64,000 nucleotides of DNA from an uncultured Chloroflexia bacterium (GCA_963731975.1 CAVSXS010000007.1:76479-140478); one strand, 5' to 3'. Counted from the stretch's first letter, positions 11,564 to 21,882 are shown. Numbers and translations: made by a program. The notes: generated by a model not told the origin, from the letters alone.

Positions 11564-11932
11564 ATGATTCAGCCACAGACACGTCTGAAGGTCGCCGATA
11601 ACACCGGCGCTAAGGAAATCATGTGCATCCGCGTGATGAGCGGTTCGGCCAAAAAGTATGCCGAGGTTGGGGATATCATTAAAGCTTCTGTGAAGGTAGC
11701 CGCCCCCAACAGCCAGGTGAAGAAGGGCGAAGTGGTCAATGCGGTGGTTGTGCGCGTCGCAAAGGAATATGCCCGCCCCGATGGGTCGCATATCCGCTTC
11801 GACGAGAACGCGGCGGTCATCATCGCCGCGGGTAATAATCCGCGCGGCACCCGTATCTTTGGACCGGTAGCGCGTGAACTACGCGAGCGGAACTTCATGA
11901 AGATTATCTCGCTCGCGCCGGAGGTTTTGTAA
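11564..11932 (+). CDS. rplN: 50S ribosomal protein L14
   Basis: [24 protein letters not shown]... 122 aa. Confidence 0.98.
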   Translation: MIQPQTRLKVADNTGAKEIMCIRVMSGSAKKYAEVGDIIKASVKVAAPNSQVKKGEVVNAVVVRVAKEYARPDGSHIRFDENAAVIIAAGNNPRGTRIFGPVARELRERNFMKIISLAPEVL

Positions 11933-11964
11933 ACGCTGGTATTCCAGCAACGGTTGGTTTGGTT

Positions 11965-12009
11965 GTTTGTGTTGAAGTTTGTCGTTCCGCGAGTACGACA
12001 AAGACAAAC
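11965..12009 (+). other. two-tier hairpin in the rplN-rplX spacer
   Basis: TTTGTCGT (11978-11985) / ACGACAAA (11995-12002), plus an outer GTTTGT (11965-11970) / ACAAAC (12004-12009). Confidence 0.4.
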
Positions 12010-12029
12010 GCAGGCAGTAGAGGAAATAT

Positions 12030-12419
12030 ATGGCAACGAAACAGAAAGAGAAAAAGCCGCTCCATCTCGCCAAGATGAACATCAAGAAGGGCGACACCGT
12101 CTTGATTATCACCGGCAAGGATAAGGGCAAGCAGGGAACGGTCTCACGAGCGATGCCGCAGGTCAGCAAGGTAATTGTTGAAGGCCTCAATGTCGCCAAG
12201 AAGCACATTAAGCCGCAGGGCCAGACTCGCCAGGGAGGCATCATCGAGAAAGCGATGCCACTCCACGTTTCAAACACGATGCTGGTCTGCACGGAATGTG
12301 GCGAGCCGACGCGCGTCGCGCATGACCGTCGCCCGATGGGTGTGGATCAGAAAGTGCGCACGGTGCGCGTCTGCAAGAAATGTCACAAGATCGTTGAAGA
12401 TCGGATGAGGAGTAGTTAA
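12030..12419 (+). CDS. rplX: 50S ribosomal protein L24 (Cys4 variant)
   Basis: KOW motif [21 protein letters not shown]-terminal CTEC...CKKC. Confidence 0.95.
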   Translation: MATKQKEKKPLHLAKMNIKKGDTVLIITGKDKGKQGTVSRAMPQVSKVIVEGLNVAKKHIKPQGQTRQGGIIEKAMPLHVSNTMLVCTECGEPTRVAHDRRPMGVDQKVRTVRVCKKCHKIVEDRMRSS

Positions 12420-12421
12420 GC

Positions 12422-12964
12422 ATGACATCGAGACTCAAAGAGAAGTTCAAACAAGAAGTCGTGCCGACCCTGCAAAAGGAATTTAACTACAAGAATCCGA
12501 TGCAGGTTCCCGCCATCAATAAGGTCGTGGTAAACATCGGCATGGGCGAGGCCATTCAGAACGCGAAGGCGATGGACGCCGCCGTCTCTGACCTGGCTAC
12601 CATTACCGGCCAGCGCCCGGTGATTACGCGCGCGAAACACTCTGTAGCTGCGTTCAAGCTGCGCGAGGGCATGCAGATTGGCTGTATGGTCACACTGCGC
12701 GGGGAGCGTATGTATCAGTTCCTTGACAAACTCATGAATGTCGCCCTGCCGCGCTTGCGTGACTTCCAGGGCGTCTCCGGCGATGCGTTCGATGGACGCG
12801 GCAACTACACGCTGGGTTTGCGCGAGCAACTGGTCTTCCCCGAAATCGACTACGACAAGGTCGATAAAGTACGCGGTATGGAAGTAAGTATTGTGACGAC
12901 GGCCCGCACCGACGAGGAGGGGCGACAGTTGCTCAAGTTGATGGGCATGCCCTTCAAGAAATAA
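12422..12964 (+). CDS. rplE: 50S ribosomal protein L5
   Basis: [30 protein letters not shown]... 180 aa. Confidence 0.97.
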   Translation: MTSRLKEKFKQEVVPTLQKEFNYKNPMQVPAINKVVVNIGMGEAIQNAKAMDAAVSDLATITGQRPVITRAKHSVAAFKLREGMQIGCMVTLRGERMYQFLDKLMNVALPRLRDFQGVSGDAFDGRGNYTLGLREQLVFPEIDYDKVDKVRGMEVSIVTTARTDEEGRQLLKLMGMPFKK

Positions 12965-12978
12965 CGCTGGAGAATAGC

Positions 12979-13164
12979 ATGGCAAAAATCTCAATGATCG
13001 TGAAGTCGCAGCGCAAGCCCAAGTTCAAAGTCCGCCAGCACAATCGCTGTCAGGTCTGCGGGCGACCTCGCGCCTATATGCGCAAATTTGGCCTCTGTCG
13101 CATCTGCTTCCGCGAGCGCGCTCTGCGGGGCGAGCTACCGGGTGTCACGAAGTCGAGCTGGTAA
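12979..13164 (+). CDS. rpsN: 30S ribosomal protein S14, type Z (zinc form)
   Basis: 61 aa. [10 protein letters not shown]...CRICFRE. Confidence 0.96.
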   Translation: MAKISMIVKSQRKPKFKVRQHNRCQVCGRPRAYMRKFGLCRICFRERALRGELPGVTKSSW

Positions 13165-13249
13165 TCGGAGGCTACCTTGCACACCTCCTGACATAGTATG
13201 TAGCCGCGCAGCGGCGTTGGAGGTGTGAGTATGAAGAGGATAATGTTAC

Positions 13250-13645
13250 ATGAACATGACTGATCCTATCGCGGATATGCTGACCCGTATTCGCAATGCG
13301 GTTGCAGCGCGGCATGCGAAAGTCTCTATCCCGGCATCGAAAATGAAGCTGGCGATTGCGCGTGTTCTCAAAGAAGAAGGCTATATCAAAGATATCGAAA
13401 TCTTGAAGGACAATACGCAAGGGACGATCCGCCTGACACTGCGCTACGTTGATAAAAAGCCCGTGCTGACGCAGCTCAAGCGCGTCAGCAAACCCGGCTT
13501 GCGCGTCTATACCAAGCGAGCCACTATTCCTCGCGTGCGTGGCGGGCAAGGCGTTGCCATTCTTTCTACACCCCAGGGACTCATGTCAGGCCATACAGCC
13601 TATATGAGGGGTCTTGGCGGTGAAGTCGTCTGTTATATCTGGTAG
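13250..13645 (+). CDS. rpsH: 30S ribosomal protein S8
   Basis: [17 protein letters not shown]... 131 aa. Confidence 0.97.
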   Translation: MNMTDPIADMLTRIRNAVAARHAKVSIPASKMKLAIARVLKEEGYIKDIEILKDNTQGTIRLTLRYVDKKPVLTQLKRVSKPGLRVYTKRATIPRVRGGQGVAILSTPQGLMSGHTAYMRGLGGEVVCYIW

Positions 13646-13666
13646 GCAAACAGAGAGGAGTAAAAA

Positions 13667-14242
13667 ATGTCTCGTATCGGACGTGCCGCGATCTCTGTGC
13701 CACCAAAGGTACAGGTGACCTGGACGGAAGAAAACTACGTGACGGTCAAAGGCCCCAAAGGCGAATTGTCGTATCAGGTCGATCCTGATCTGCAATTGAA
13801 GCTGGAGGGCGGCTCACTGACGGTCTCGCGCCCGTCGGACAGCAGAGAGCATCGCTCCAAACATGGTCTCTATCGCTCCCTGGTCAATAATATGGTCGAG
13901 GGTGTGACAAAAGGATATACAAAACAACTGGAAATTCATGGCGTCGGTTATCGCGCCGCGAAAATGGGCGACAGCCTGGTGATCCAGGTTGGCTATTCCC
14001 ACCCGGTTGAAGTGGAACCTCCACAGGGCATCGTATTGAGTGTTGACGGTATCGACCCGGCCACAAAAGCGACGAAGATCAGCGTAAGCGGCATCGACAA
14101 GCAAATGGTGGGCGAGGTTGCCGCGCAGATTCGCCGCATTCGCAAGCCGGAACCCTATAAGGGCAAAGGCATTCGCTATACGGGTGAGGCCATTCGCCGC
14201 AAGGCCGGAAAAGCCGGAAAAGTCGGTGGTAAGAAGAAATGA
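13667..14242 (+). CDS. rplF: 50S ribosomal protein L6
   Basis: [17 protein letters not shown]...[10 protein letters not shown]. Confidence 0.97.
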   Translation: MSRIGRAAISVPPKVQVTWTEENYVTVKGPKGELSYQVDPDLQLKLEGGSLTVSRPSDSREHRSKHGLYRSLVNNMVEGVTKGYTKQLEIHGVGYRAAKMGDSLVIQVGYSHPVEVEPPQGIVLSVDGIDPATKATKISVSGIDKQMVGEVAAQIRRIRKPEPYKGKGIRYTGEAIRRKAGKAGKVGGKKK

Positions 14243-14859
14243 TCAAGAAATTTCATGCAAATCAGATGCGTCTCCGCCGGCACCGGCGCATGAGAAGCCA
14301 CATGGCGGGGAGCGAACTTCGTCCCCGTTTGAGCGTCTATCGCAGCGGTGGGCATATCTACGCGCAGGTTATCGATGATTCGACCGGGAAAACCCTGGCC
14401 GCGGCCTCGTCGCTGGACGAAATACTGCGCAGCTTCCAGCCTGCCAAAAAGGAAACCTCCGCGCAGCAGGCGAAAGCCGAGCAGGAAGAGGATGCCACTG
14501 TAGAGATGGCTGCCGAAGCGGCCCCCACCAGAAGTAAGGGCGCGAAAGCGGCCCCCAAAGCCCCACAGGGCAAGAGCGCACAGGGTAAAGGCGCGCAAAG
14601 CAAAGGTGGTCGGCCAGCCCAGGCGAAGATAGTGCTTCCAAGCGCCCAGAAGGGCGCGAAGAAGACGCAGGCGGAGGCGCTGGCCGCCATCGCGGATAAC
14701 CGCAAAGTGGCCATCGCGCGCGAAGTCGGCAAGCTGGTTGCCCAGCGCGCCAAAGAGCAGGGTGTCAGCAAAGTCGTCTTTGATCGTGGCGGCTATGCCT
14801 ATCATGGGCGCGTTGCCGCGCTCGCGGAAGGCGCTCGTGAAGTTGGCCTGGAGTTCTAA
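14239..14859 (+). CDS. rplR: 50S ribosomal protein L18 (with ~85-aa internal insertion)
   Basis: ATGA overlap with rpl[21 protein letters not shown]...[28 protein letters not shown]. 206 aa. Confidence 0.94.
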   Translation: MIKKFHANQMRLRRHRRMRSHMAGSELRPRLSVYRSGGHIYAQVIDDSTGKTLAAASSLDEILRSFQPAKKETSAQQAKAEQEEDATVEMAAEAAPTRSKGAKAAPKAPQGKSAQGKGAQSKGGRPAQAKIVLPSAQKGAKKTQAEALAAIADNRKVAIAREVGKLVAQRAKEQGVSKVVFDRGGYAYHGRVAALAEGAREVGLEF

Positions 14860-14879
14860 GGTCTAAATAGGGAGTTAAG

Positions 14880-15656
14880 ATGCCAAGAATAGATGCGTCA
14901 AAACTGAATTTGGAAGAGACCGTCGTCCAGGTGCGCCGCGTCGCAAAGGTGGTCAAAGGCGGTAAGCGTTTCAGCATTCGCGCGCTCGTCGTCGTAGGAG
15001 ACCGCAACGGCCATGTCGGCTTCGGCCTGGGTAAGGCAGCAGAATATACCGAGGCGATCCGGAAAGGCGTGGAAGACGCCAAGAAGCACCTGATCGAGGT
15101 GCCTCTCAACGGCTCGACCATCCCCTTCATGGTGAAACATCGTTTCGCCGCGTCCGAGGTGATGCTCAAACCAGCCGCACCTGGAACCGGGGTGATTGCA
15201 GGTGGCGCGGTGCGTGCCGTCATGGTCTCCGTCGGTATTCGCGATATTCTGACCAAGTCACTGGGCAGTACAAACCCCGCTAACACGCTCATGGCATGTA
15301 TCGAGGGGCTAGGCCAACTGCGCTCGGCAAGCACGGAGGCCGCTATGCGCGGCAAGACAGTCGAGGAGATCGTTGGTAAGAAGCAGGCGGAGCGCCTGGC
15401 GGTGACTGCTGCCGCAGCCGCCGAGCAAGCCGCCGCAATGCACGCCATCCGCGAAGAGGAAGCGCGAGAGAATCGCTCGAACTCTCGCCGGCCAGGAGGA
15501 CGCGACCGCGGTGAGGGCGGCGACCGTCGCGGCGGTGGTGGCGGTGGTGGTACTGGAGGGAGCGGCGGCGGTGGCGGCGGCTACAATCGTGGCGGCGGTA
15601 ACCGTGGCGGCGGCGGCAATCGCGGCGGCGGCGGCGACCGCCGCAGGTCGTTCTAG
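14880..15656 (+). CDS. rpsE: 30S ribosomal protein S5 (with ~90-aa Ala-rich then Arg/Gly-rich tail)
   Basis: [39 protein letters not shown]. 258 aa. Confidence 0.95.
   Translation: MPRIDASKLNLEETVVQVRRVAKVVKGGKRFSIRALVVVGDRNGHVGFGLGKAAEYTEAIRKGVEDAKKHLIEVPLNGSTIPFMVKHRFAASEVMLKPAAPGTGVIAGGAVRAVMVSVGIRDILTKSLGSTNPANTLMACIEGLGQLRSASTEAAMRGKTVEEIVGKKQAERLAVTAAAAAEQAAAMHAIREEEARENRSNSRRPGGRDRGEGGDRRGGGGGGGTGGSGGGGGGYNRGGGNRGGGGNRGGGGDRRRSF
15512..15650 (+). repeat. coding GGN/CGN simple-sequence tract (RGG repeats of the S5 tail)
   Basis: ggcggtggtggcggtggtggt...ggcggcggcggcaatcgcggcggcggcggc encodes [39 protein letters not shown]. Confidence 0.8.
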
Positions 15657-15679
15657 TCAGGCGGCAATGGGAGAAAACA

Positions 15680-15865
15680 ATGGCAACACTGCGCGTAAAA
15701 TATGTAAGAAGCGCGATTGGCTTCCCAAAGGACCAGAAGGCCACGATTCGCGCCCTGGGCTTCACCAAGCTCCAGCAGACGGTTGAGCATGAGGATCAGC
15801 CCGCCATTCGCGGAATGATTCGCAAGGTAAACCACCTGGTAAAGGTAGAGGAAGTAAGCGTATGA
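15680..15865 (+). CDS. rpmD: 50S ribosomal protein L30
   Basis: 61 aa. [25 protein letters not shown]. Confidence 0.95.
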   Translation: MATLRVKYVRSAIGFPKDQKATIRALGFTKLQQTVEHEDQPAIRGMIRKVNHLVKVEEVSV

Positions 15866-16398
15866 GACTCAATGATTTGCGGCCAGCTCCTGGCTCGCAT
15901 AAACAAGAAAAGCGGCTTGGCCGCGGGCATGGCTCCGGCCGCGGCAAAACCGCCGGTCGAGGCACCAAAGGCCAGAAGGCTCGCACCGGCGGAAAGATCC
16001 ATCGCGCCTTTAACGGCGGCCAGACTCGCCTGTCGAAGCGCCTCCCGTTCCTGCGTGGTATCGGCAACAGCAATTATGCCTTCCGCAAGGACTACGCGAT
16101 TGTCAACCTGGATGATCTTGAGCGCTTCGAGGCCGGTTCGCAGGTCACGCCTGCCGAGTTGGCTCTGGCCGGGTTGATGTCAAAGATGGAGAGCGAAGGT
16201 CTCGTGAAGATACTTGGCGAAGGTGAGCTGTCGCACGCACTGAGTGTGCGAGCGCACAAGTTCTCGGCCAGCGCCCGCGAGAAAATCGAGGCGATGGGTG
16301 GCAGCATCGAGATCATTCCGACAAAGGTGTACGCGAAAACCAAGAGGCGTAAAGACGAGGCCAAGAAAGCGCCTGCCCAACAGAACGCTGGCGACTAG
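15862..16398 (+). CDS. rplO: 50S ribosomal protein L15
   Basis: ATGA overlap with rpm[42 protein letters not shown]. Confidence 0.96.
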   Translation: MRLNDLRPAPGSHKQEKRLGRGHGSGRGKTAGRGTKGQKARTGGKIHRAFNGGQTRLSKRLPFLRGIGNSNYAFRKDYAIVNLDDLERFEAGSQVTPAELALAGLMSKMESEGLVKILGEGELSHALSVRAHKFSASAREKIEAMGGSIEIIPTKVYAKTKRRKDEAKKAPAQQNAGD

Positions 16399-16414
16399 CT
16401 CAGCGTTCTATTCC

Positions 16415-16460
16415 GTAGGGGTCAGACGGCGAAAATCGAAAAATTGCCGCTGACCCTTAC
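16415..16460. repeat. REP-like long hairpin variant
   Basis: GTAGGGGTCAGACGGC...GCCGCTGACCCTTAC between rplO and secY. Confidence 0.55.
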
Positions 16461-16491
16461 GAAACAGGCCGACTTGTGAAAGGAGATTCCC

Positions 16492-17832
16492 ATGTGGGAA
16501 CGACTGCGCAGTATCTGGACCATTCCTGATCTACGCAAAAAGATTCTCTTCACCCTGGCGATGCTGCTGATTTTCCGTGTCCTCGCCCATATCACCGTGC
16601 CTCTGACACATACCGAGCTACTAGCTCTGAACAGCCTGTTCTCGTCCAGTAGCCCGAACCAGAACTTGAGCCAACTGTTCGGCCTGCTGGATGTCTTCTC
16701 CGGCGGATCGCTGCAGCAATTTTCTATCGTCGCGCTGGGCGTCTACCCGTATATCACGGCAACCATCGTGATGCAGTTATTGATGCCCATTATTCCCGCT
16801 CTGGAGAATATGAACCGCGAAGGTGAGGCGGGTCGCCTGCGCTTCAGCCAGATCACGCGCATCGTGGCCGTTCCGCTGGCCTTCTTGCAGGCCATCGGCA
16901 GTGCGGCTATCTTCGTGAAGTTCGGTGTCTTGACAAACTTCAACCTGTTCAATGGAAGCACCTGGCTGGAGTCCCTGTCGATCCTGCTGGCGCTCACGGC
17001 TGGCACAATGATTTTGGTCTGGATCGGCGAGTTGATTACGGAGAATGGTATCGGCAACGGTATCTCCATCATCATCTTTGGCGGTATCGTCAGCCGCATT
17101 CCCAGCTTCATCCAGCAGGGCTATACTGCCAGCACGACAGGCGGCGGCGCGGGCGGTGGCATCGTCAGTATCGGCATCTTCTTGCTGATTGGCCTGCTCA
17201 CCATCCTGGGTATCGTCTACGTCTATCAAGGGCAACGCCGCGTGCCGATTGAATATCCGACGAAGCGTATGGTTGGCCGTGGAATGCTGGTAGGAACGGC
17301 CCAGCGCACCTACATTCCCATGCAGGTAAACAGCGCGGGCATGATCCCTTTGATCTTCGCTCAATCCATGCTGATCTTTCCGGCGGTGCTCTCGCAGTAC
17401 CTCGCCAACAGCAGCACGAGCTGGCTCGCCACAGCTTCGTTGTGGGTCGCAAACTACCTTATCAACACATCGCTGTGGTGGTACTGGGCGATCTACTTCG
17501 TGCTGGTCGTCGCCTTCACCTACTTCTACGCCTATGTGGTGTGGCAGCAGCAGAATATCCCGGAGAGCCTGCAAAAGCAGGGCGCGCATATTCCAGGCTA
17601 CCGGCCCGGTGAGACGACGCGCAAACACCTGGATGAAATTCTCAGGCGCATTACGTTGGGCGGCGCGTTGTTCCTGGGGGTCGTCGCCATCTTGCCTTTC
17701 CTGGCCAGGGTGGGCGGCAACCAGCTACTCAGCAGCGCGGCGCTGCTGATCGTGGTTGGAGTGGTGCTGGACACCGTCAGGCAGGTAGAAGCGCAAATGG
17801 TTATGCGTAACTACTCAGGCTTTCTCAGCTAG
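16492..17832 (+). CDS. secY: preprotein translocase subunit SecY
   Basis: 446 aa, polytopic. ...PDLRKKILFTLAMLLIFRVLAHITVP...GISIIIFGGIVS... spc-operon position. Confidence 0.97.
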   Translation: MWERLRSIWTIPDLRKKILFTLAMLLIFRVLAHITVPLTHTELLALNSLFSSSSPNQNLSQLFGLLDVFSGGSLQQFSIVALGVYPYITATIVMQLLMPIIPALENMNREGEAGRLRFSQITRIVAVPLAFLQAIGSAAIFVKFGVLTNFNLFNGSTWLESLSILLALTAGTMILVWIGELITENGIGNGISIIIFGGIVSRIPSFIQQGYTASTTGGGAGGGIVSIGIFLLIGLLTILGIVYVYQGQRRVPIEYPTKRMVGRGMLVGTAQRTYIPMQVNSAGMIPLIFAQSMLIFPAVLSQYLANSSTSWLATASLWVANYLINTSLWWYWAIYFVLVVAFTYFYAYVVWQQQNIPESLQKQGAHIPGYRPGETTRKHLDEILRRITLGGALFLGVVAILPFLARVGGNQLLSSAALLIVVGVVLDTVRQVEAQMVMRNYSGFLS

Positions 17833-17871
17833 GGAACTCAGCGTTGAGTCTTTTGTCCACGGAGGTAAAAC

Positions 17872-18528
17872 GTGAACATTGTCCTGATTGGCGCTCAAGG
17901 TTCAGGCAAAGGAACGCAGGCCGATTTGCTCAGCGAGCATCTCGGCTTCGCGCATGTAGCCAGCGGTGACCTGTTCCGCAAGGCGATTGAGGAGCAAACA
18001 GACCTGGGAATGCAGGCCAAAGTGTACATCGATCGCGGCGAGCTGGTTCCTGATGATCTGACGGTTACGATGATCCTCAAACGCCTGGAAAAGCCAGATT
18101 GCGCGCGGGGTGTGATCCTGGATGGGTTCCCGCGCACCATCTCGCAGGCCCAGGCGCTCGATCAAGGACTGGCCGAGGTAGGCATGCAGATCAATCTCAC
18201 GCTGTACCTGGAAGTACCACGCGAGGAGTTGCTAGCGCGGCTCTCCGGTCGCTATATCTGCAAAGCCAATCAGCACGTGTATAACGTTGCTACACGCCCG
18301 CCTAAAGTACCCGGCGTGTGCGACATCGACGGCAGTCCATTGTACCAGCGAACCGACGACACAGGGGAGGCTGTTCGGCGCCGGCTGGACATCTTCTTCA
18401 AGGAAACCATCCAACTGCTTGACTATTATGGTCAGCAGGGCAAGCTGGTGACGGTGGATGGGAACCAGGAAATCGACCAGGTGCAGACGGCGCTCCTGGC
18501 CGTGATCCAGGATCACCAATCGACGTAA
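17872..18528 (+). CDS. adk: adenylate kinase
   Basis: GTG start after GGAGG. P-loop IGAQGSGKGTQA and ILDGFPRTISQAQAL. Confidence 0.96.
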   Translation: MNIVLIGAQGSGKGTQADLLSEHLGFAHVASGDLFRKAIEEQTDLGMQAKVYIDRGELVPDDLTVTMILKRLEKPDCARGVILDGFPRTISQAQALDQGLAEVGMQINLTLYLEVPREELLARLSGRYICKANQHVYNVATRPPKVPGVCDIDGSPLYQRTDDTGEAVRRRLDIFFKETIQLLDYYGQQGKLVTVDGNQEIDQVQTALLAVIQDHQST

Positions 18529-18636
18529 GCAGTATAAGCCGAAAGAGCTATAATCCCGGCGGAATCGTTACCCGGCTTCGTGCGAAACGTTTAGTATCGA
18601 TAAGATCATGCAATACAAGAGAGGAAAAATTCCCTC

Positions 18637-18665
18637 TCGACAAGATGTAGGAAGTGTGCTATAAT
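18637..18665 (+). promoter_or_regulatory. sigma70-type promoter candidate upstream of infA
   Basis: TCGACA (18637-18642), 17-nt spacer ending in TGC, then TATAAT (18660-18665). Sits in a locally AT-rich 225-nt gap. Confidence 0.5.
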
Positions 18666-18753
18666 TCACAGTTGGCTGCAGCAGTATCCAACTGCTGCGC
18701 CATTTTATCTCGCAATTATCATAAAAAACGCTGTCGTTAAGAGAAAGGATGCT

Positions 18754-18972
18754 ATGCCAAAGAAGGATGAAATTGAAGTAGAGGGTAAAGTGCTTGAGGC
18801 CCTCCCCAATGCCATGTTCAAGGTGGAAATAGATGAGCAGCACCAGGTGTTAGCCGTGCTCTCGGGACGTATCCGTATGAACTTTGTGCGAATTGTGCCT
18901 GGAGATAAGGTGAAAGTTGTCCTCTCGCCCTATGACCTTACTCGCGGTCGCATCACATGGCGTGTGAAATAG
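18754..18972 (+). CDS. infA: translation initiation factor IF-1
   Basis: 72 aa. [53 protein letters not shown]. Confidence 0.97.
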   Translation: MPKKDEIEVEGKVLEALPNAMFKVEIDEQHQVLAVLSGRIRMNFVRIVPGDKVKVVLSPYDLTRGRITWRVK

Positions 18973-19138
18973 TGAGGTTGGTGGTTCCCTCTCTTTCACT
19001 CTTTTGAATCCTTCGAATGAGCATCATGTTGACGGCAAGCTGGCCGGAAAGCGCAACGATAGAGAACGGCTGCCTATTGTTCGCGGCAATCCACCCGGCA
19101 TATTCTATGAAGTTTGAACACACTGAGGAGGGCTTATC

Positions 19139-19255
19139 GTGAAAGTACGTGCATCTGTGAAGCCACGCTGCGAGCACTGCAAGGTCATTCGGCGCAATCG
19201 CGTGGTGATGATAATCTGTAGTAAAGACCCTAAGCATAAACAAAGACAGGGCTAA
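19139..19255 (+). CDS. rpmJ: 50S ribosomal protein L36
   Basis: Not in the ORF track because it is under 60 aa. GTG start after GAGGAG. Hand translation is [38 protein letters not shown], stop TAA at 19253-19255. Confidence 0.93.
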   Translation: MKVRASVKPRCEHCKVIRRNRVVMIICSKDPKHKQRQG

Positions 19256-19287
19256 GAGCAGGTTTCGGGTTAAAGTAGGAGGAAAAG

Positions 19288-19671
19288 ATGGCTAGAATTG
19301 CCGGCGTTGACATTCCGCGCGAGAAGCGCGTGGAGATTTCGCTGACATATATCTACGGGATCGGGCTGACGACCAGCAAAAAGATCCTGGAGAGGACACG
19401 CATTAGCCCGGATACACGGGTGAAGGACCTGACGGAAGAGGAAGTCAACCGCCTGCGTGAAGTGATTGATCGCGAACACAAGGTGGAAGGCGACCTGCGC
19501 CGCGAAGTGGACATGAACATCAAGCGGCTCATCGAAATCGGCTGTTATCGTGGGATGCGCCATCGTCGCAATCTTCCAGTACACGGGCAGCGCACGCGCA
19601 CCAACGCGCGCACGCGCCGCGGGCCAAAGCGCACCGTGGCAGGCAAGAAGAAGGCAACCGCTAAGAAGTAG
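19288..19671 (+). CDS. rpsM: 30S ribosomal protein S13
   Basis: [26 protein letters not shown]... Confidence 0.98.
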   Translation: MARIAGVDIPREKRVEISLTYIYGIGLTTSKKILERTRISPDTRVKDLTEEEVNRLREVIDREHKVEGDLRREVDMNIKRLIEIGCYRGMRHRRNLPVHGQRTRTNARTRRGPKRTVAGKKKATAKK

Positions 19672-19685
19672 AAGGTATAAGAAGC

Positions 19686-20090
19686 ATGGCAGCAGCAGAC
19701 AAAAAGAAAACAACAGCCAGGCCCCGGCGGCGTGAGCGCAAGTCGATCCCGCGCGGGCAGGCGCACATCCAGGCGACGTTCAACAATACCATCGTCACAC
19801 TGACCGACCCCAATGGCAATGTAATCTCCTGGGGCAGCGCGGGCGGACAAGGCTTCAAAGGCTCCCGCAAGAGCACTCCCTATGCGGCGCAGGTCACGGC
19901 TGAGACAGCCGCGCGTAAAGCGATGGATCATGGTTTGAAGCAGATCGAAGTCTACGTCAAAGGGCCGGGTTCTGGCCGCGAGGCAGCCATTCGCTCTTTG
20001 CAGGCGGCTGGCCTCAATATCACTTCGATCACCGATGTTACACCTATTCCGCACAATGGTTGCCGACCGCCCAAGCGGCGTCGCGTCTAA
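19686..20090 (+). CDS. rpsK: 30S ribosomal protein S11
   Basis: ...[30 protein letters not shown]...[11 protein letters not shown]. Confidence 0.98.
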   Translation: MAAADKKKTTARPRRRERKSIPRGQAHIQATFNNTIVTLTDPNGNVISWGSAGGQGFKGSRKSTPYAAQVTAETAARKAMDHGLKQIEVYVKGPGSGREAAIRSLQAAGLNITSITDVTPIPHNGCRPPKRRRV

Positions 20091-20189
20091 TCAGCAGACG
20101 TGCGTGTGAGGAGGAGTCGTTCATGTGTCAGATAGTGAAAGGCACCTTTCAACGCTGCTAGCGCGGCTTCAGAAAGGTGAGAGGAAGAT

Positions 20190-20816
20190 ATGGCGCGATA
20201 TACCGGCCCCGTCTGCAAACTGTGCAGGCGCGAGGGGGTAAAATTGTTTCTTAAAGGCGACAAGTGTATGATGAAATGCACGCTTGAGCGCCGCAACACT
20301 CGCCCAGGGCAGCATGGGACGAGCCGCCCGCGCAAAGCGTCGGGCTACGCAACGCAACTGCGTGAAAAGCAGAAGGTACGCCGCACCTACGGCCTGCTTG
20401 AGCGGCAGTTCCGCAGGCAGTTCGACACGGCGGCAAAGCGCAGCGGTCGCACCGGCGAAAACCTGCTCCAACTGCTGGAGATGCGCCTGGACAACATGGT
20501 CTATCGCCTCGGCTTCGCCGATTCGCGCGCCCAGGCTCGTCAACTGGTCAATCACGGGCATTTTGCCGTTAACGGGCGCAAAGTCGATATCCCTTCGTAT
20601 ATTGTCAAGCCGAATGATGTGATTGCTGTCCGCGAGCGCAGCAAGAGCCTCGAGTACTTCAAGACACGCGCGCTGATGCTGGCCCAGAAGGGCGTACCGG
20701 CCTGGCTGCGCCTGGACATTGAAGGCATGAACGGCCGCGTCATGTCGCTGCCCTCGCGCACCGAACTCGAAATGCCCTTTGATGAGCAAATGGTGGTTGA
20801 GTTTTACCAGCGATAA
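20190..20816 (+). CDS. rpsD: 30S ribosomal protein S4
   Basis: [26 protein letters not shown]... 208 aa. Confidence 0.98.
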   Translation: MARYTGPVCKLCRREGVKLFLKGDKCMMKCTLERRNTRPGQHGTSRPRKASGYATQLREKQKVRRTYGLLERQFRRQFDTAAKRSGRTGENLLQLLEMRLDNMVYRLGFADSRAQARQLVNHGHFAVNGRKVDIPSYIVKPNDVIAVRERSKSLEYFKTRALMLAQKGVPAWLRLDIEGMNGRVMSLPSRTELEMPFDEQMVVEFYQR

Positions 20817-20900
20817 GCGCTCGCTTCTCGCTGGCTGATGGAACCTGGCGGATGGGTAAAGCCTGAAAGCAGCGATTGGAAAGAAAGGCAGGTTGGAACC

Positions 20901-21881
20901 TTGCTAGAAATTACTCTGCCTCGCATTAAAAATACGAAAACGCAGGGAAACTATGCGAGCTATGATATTGAGCCTTTAGAGGCGGGGTATGGTATGACTC
21001 TGGGCAATGCGCTGCGCCGCGTATTGCTCTCCTCGCTGCCTGGTGCGGCGGTGACCTCTGTTCGCATTGACGGCGTGCAGCACGAGTTTCAGGACATCCC
21101 GAACGTCATGGAGGATGTCACCGATATCGTGCTGAATGTCAAGAAGCTGCGCCTGCGCTCCTTCTCGGACCATCCCGTCTCGATGCGCCTGGAGATCAGT
21201 GGGGAGCGTGTGGTGACGGCTGCGGATATTATGGCTCCCAGCACGGTAGAGATTGTTAACCCCGATCTCTACATTGCGACGCTCGATAACGAAAACGCTC
21301 GCCTCGAAATGGAACTGGTCGTCGAGACCGGCAAGGGCTACGTGCCTGCCGATTCGAAGGAAGATCAGCCTATCGGGGTGATACCCGTGGATGCCATTTA
21401 CGCACCGGTGCAAAAGGTCAACTACAGAGTTGAGCATACCCGCGTCGGGCAAATGACGAACTATGATAAAATTATCCTGGAGCTCTGGACTGATGGAACG
21501 ATCTCGCCGGATGAGGCTCTGCGACAGAGCGCCGACATCCTGGTGCGTCACTTCACCCAGCTTGCCAACTATCGCGCCACGCTAGCCGAGCCGGAAAAGC
21601 CGCCTCTGAGCAGTATGCCTATCCCGCCTAAGGTTTATGATACACCCATCGAGGAACTGGATCTGTCTGTGCGCGCCTACAACTGCCTCAAGCGCAGCAA
21701 CATTACCAAAGTAGGCCAGGTGCTTTCCATGAATGAGGAAGACCTGTTGGGCGTGCGCAACTTCGGTGAGAAAAGCCTGCAAGAGTTGCGCGAGAAGTTG
21801 CTTATTCGCAATTTCCTGCCGAACCCGCGCACCAGCACTGTTGGGGCCGACATGGACGGCGATCACGAAATGGAGGTATGA
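20901..21881 (+). CDS. rpoA: DNA-directed RNA polymerase subunit alpha
   Basis: The TTG at 20901 gives (M)LEITLPRIKNT...PLEAGYGMTLGNALRRVLLSSLPGAAV, colinear with typical RpoA N-termini. The ORF track's ATG at 20838 adds 21 non-homologous residues. C-terminal domain NCLKRSNITKVGQV. Confidence 0.93.
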   Translation: MLEITLPRIKNTKTQGNYASYDIEPLEAGYGMTLGNALRRVLLSSLPGAAVTSVRIDGVQHEFQDIPNVMEDVTDIVLNVKKLRLRSFSDHPVSMRLEISGERVVTAADIMAPSTVEIVNPDLYIATLDNENARLEMELVVETGKGYVPADSKEDQPIGVIPVDAIYAPVQKVNYRVEHTRVGQMTNYDKIILELWTDGTISPDEALRQSADILVRHFTQLANYRATLAEPEKPPLSSMPIPPKVYDTPIEELDLSVRAYNCLKRSNITKVGQVLSMNEEDLLGVRNFGEKSLQELREKLLIRNFLPNPRTSTVGADMDGDHEMEV

Positions 21882-21882
21882 G

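Noticed and set aside
15343-15768. 141-aa Arg/His-rich minus-strand ORF and a 91-aa Ala-rich + strand ORF (15511-15786) over the S5 tail.
   Set aside because: They are alternative-frame readings of the (GGN)n tract. The S5 frame is continuous with the conserved S5 core and leads properly into rpmD.
17872-18528. Zinc-binding lid in adenylate kinase.
   Set aside because: The lid region reads C-K-A-N...C-D-I-D. Only two of the four ligand positions are Cys, so it is probably a non-zinc lid and not worth reporting as a metal site.
20838-20900. ATG at 20838 as the rpoA start.
   Set aside because: It has no RBS and its 21 residues have no counterpart in RpoA. The TTG at 20901 gives an N-terminus colinear with typical RpoA (M-x-E-I-x-x-P-x-I). 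This is kept as an alternative only.
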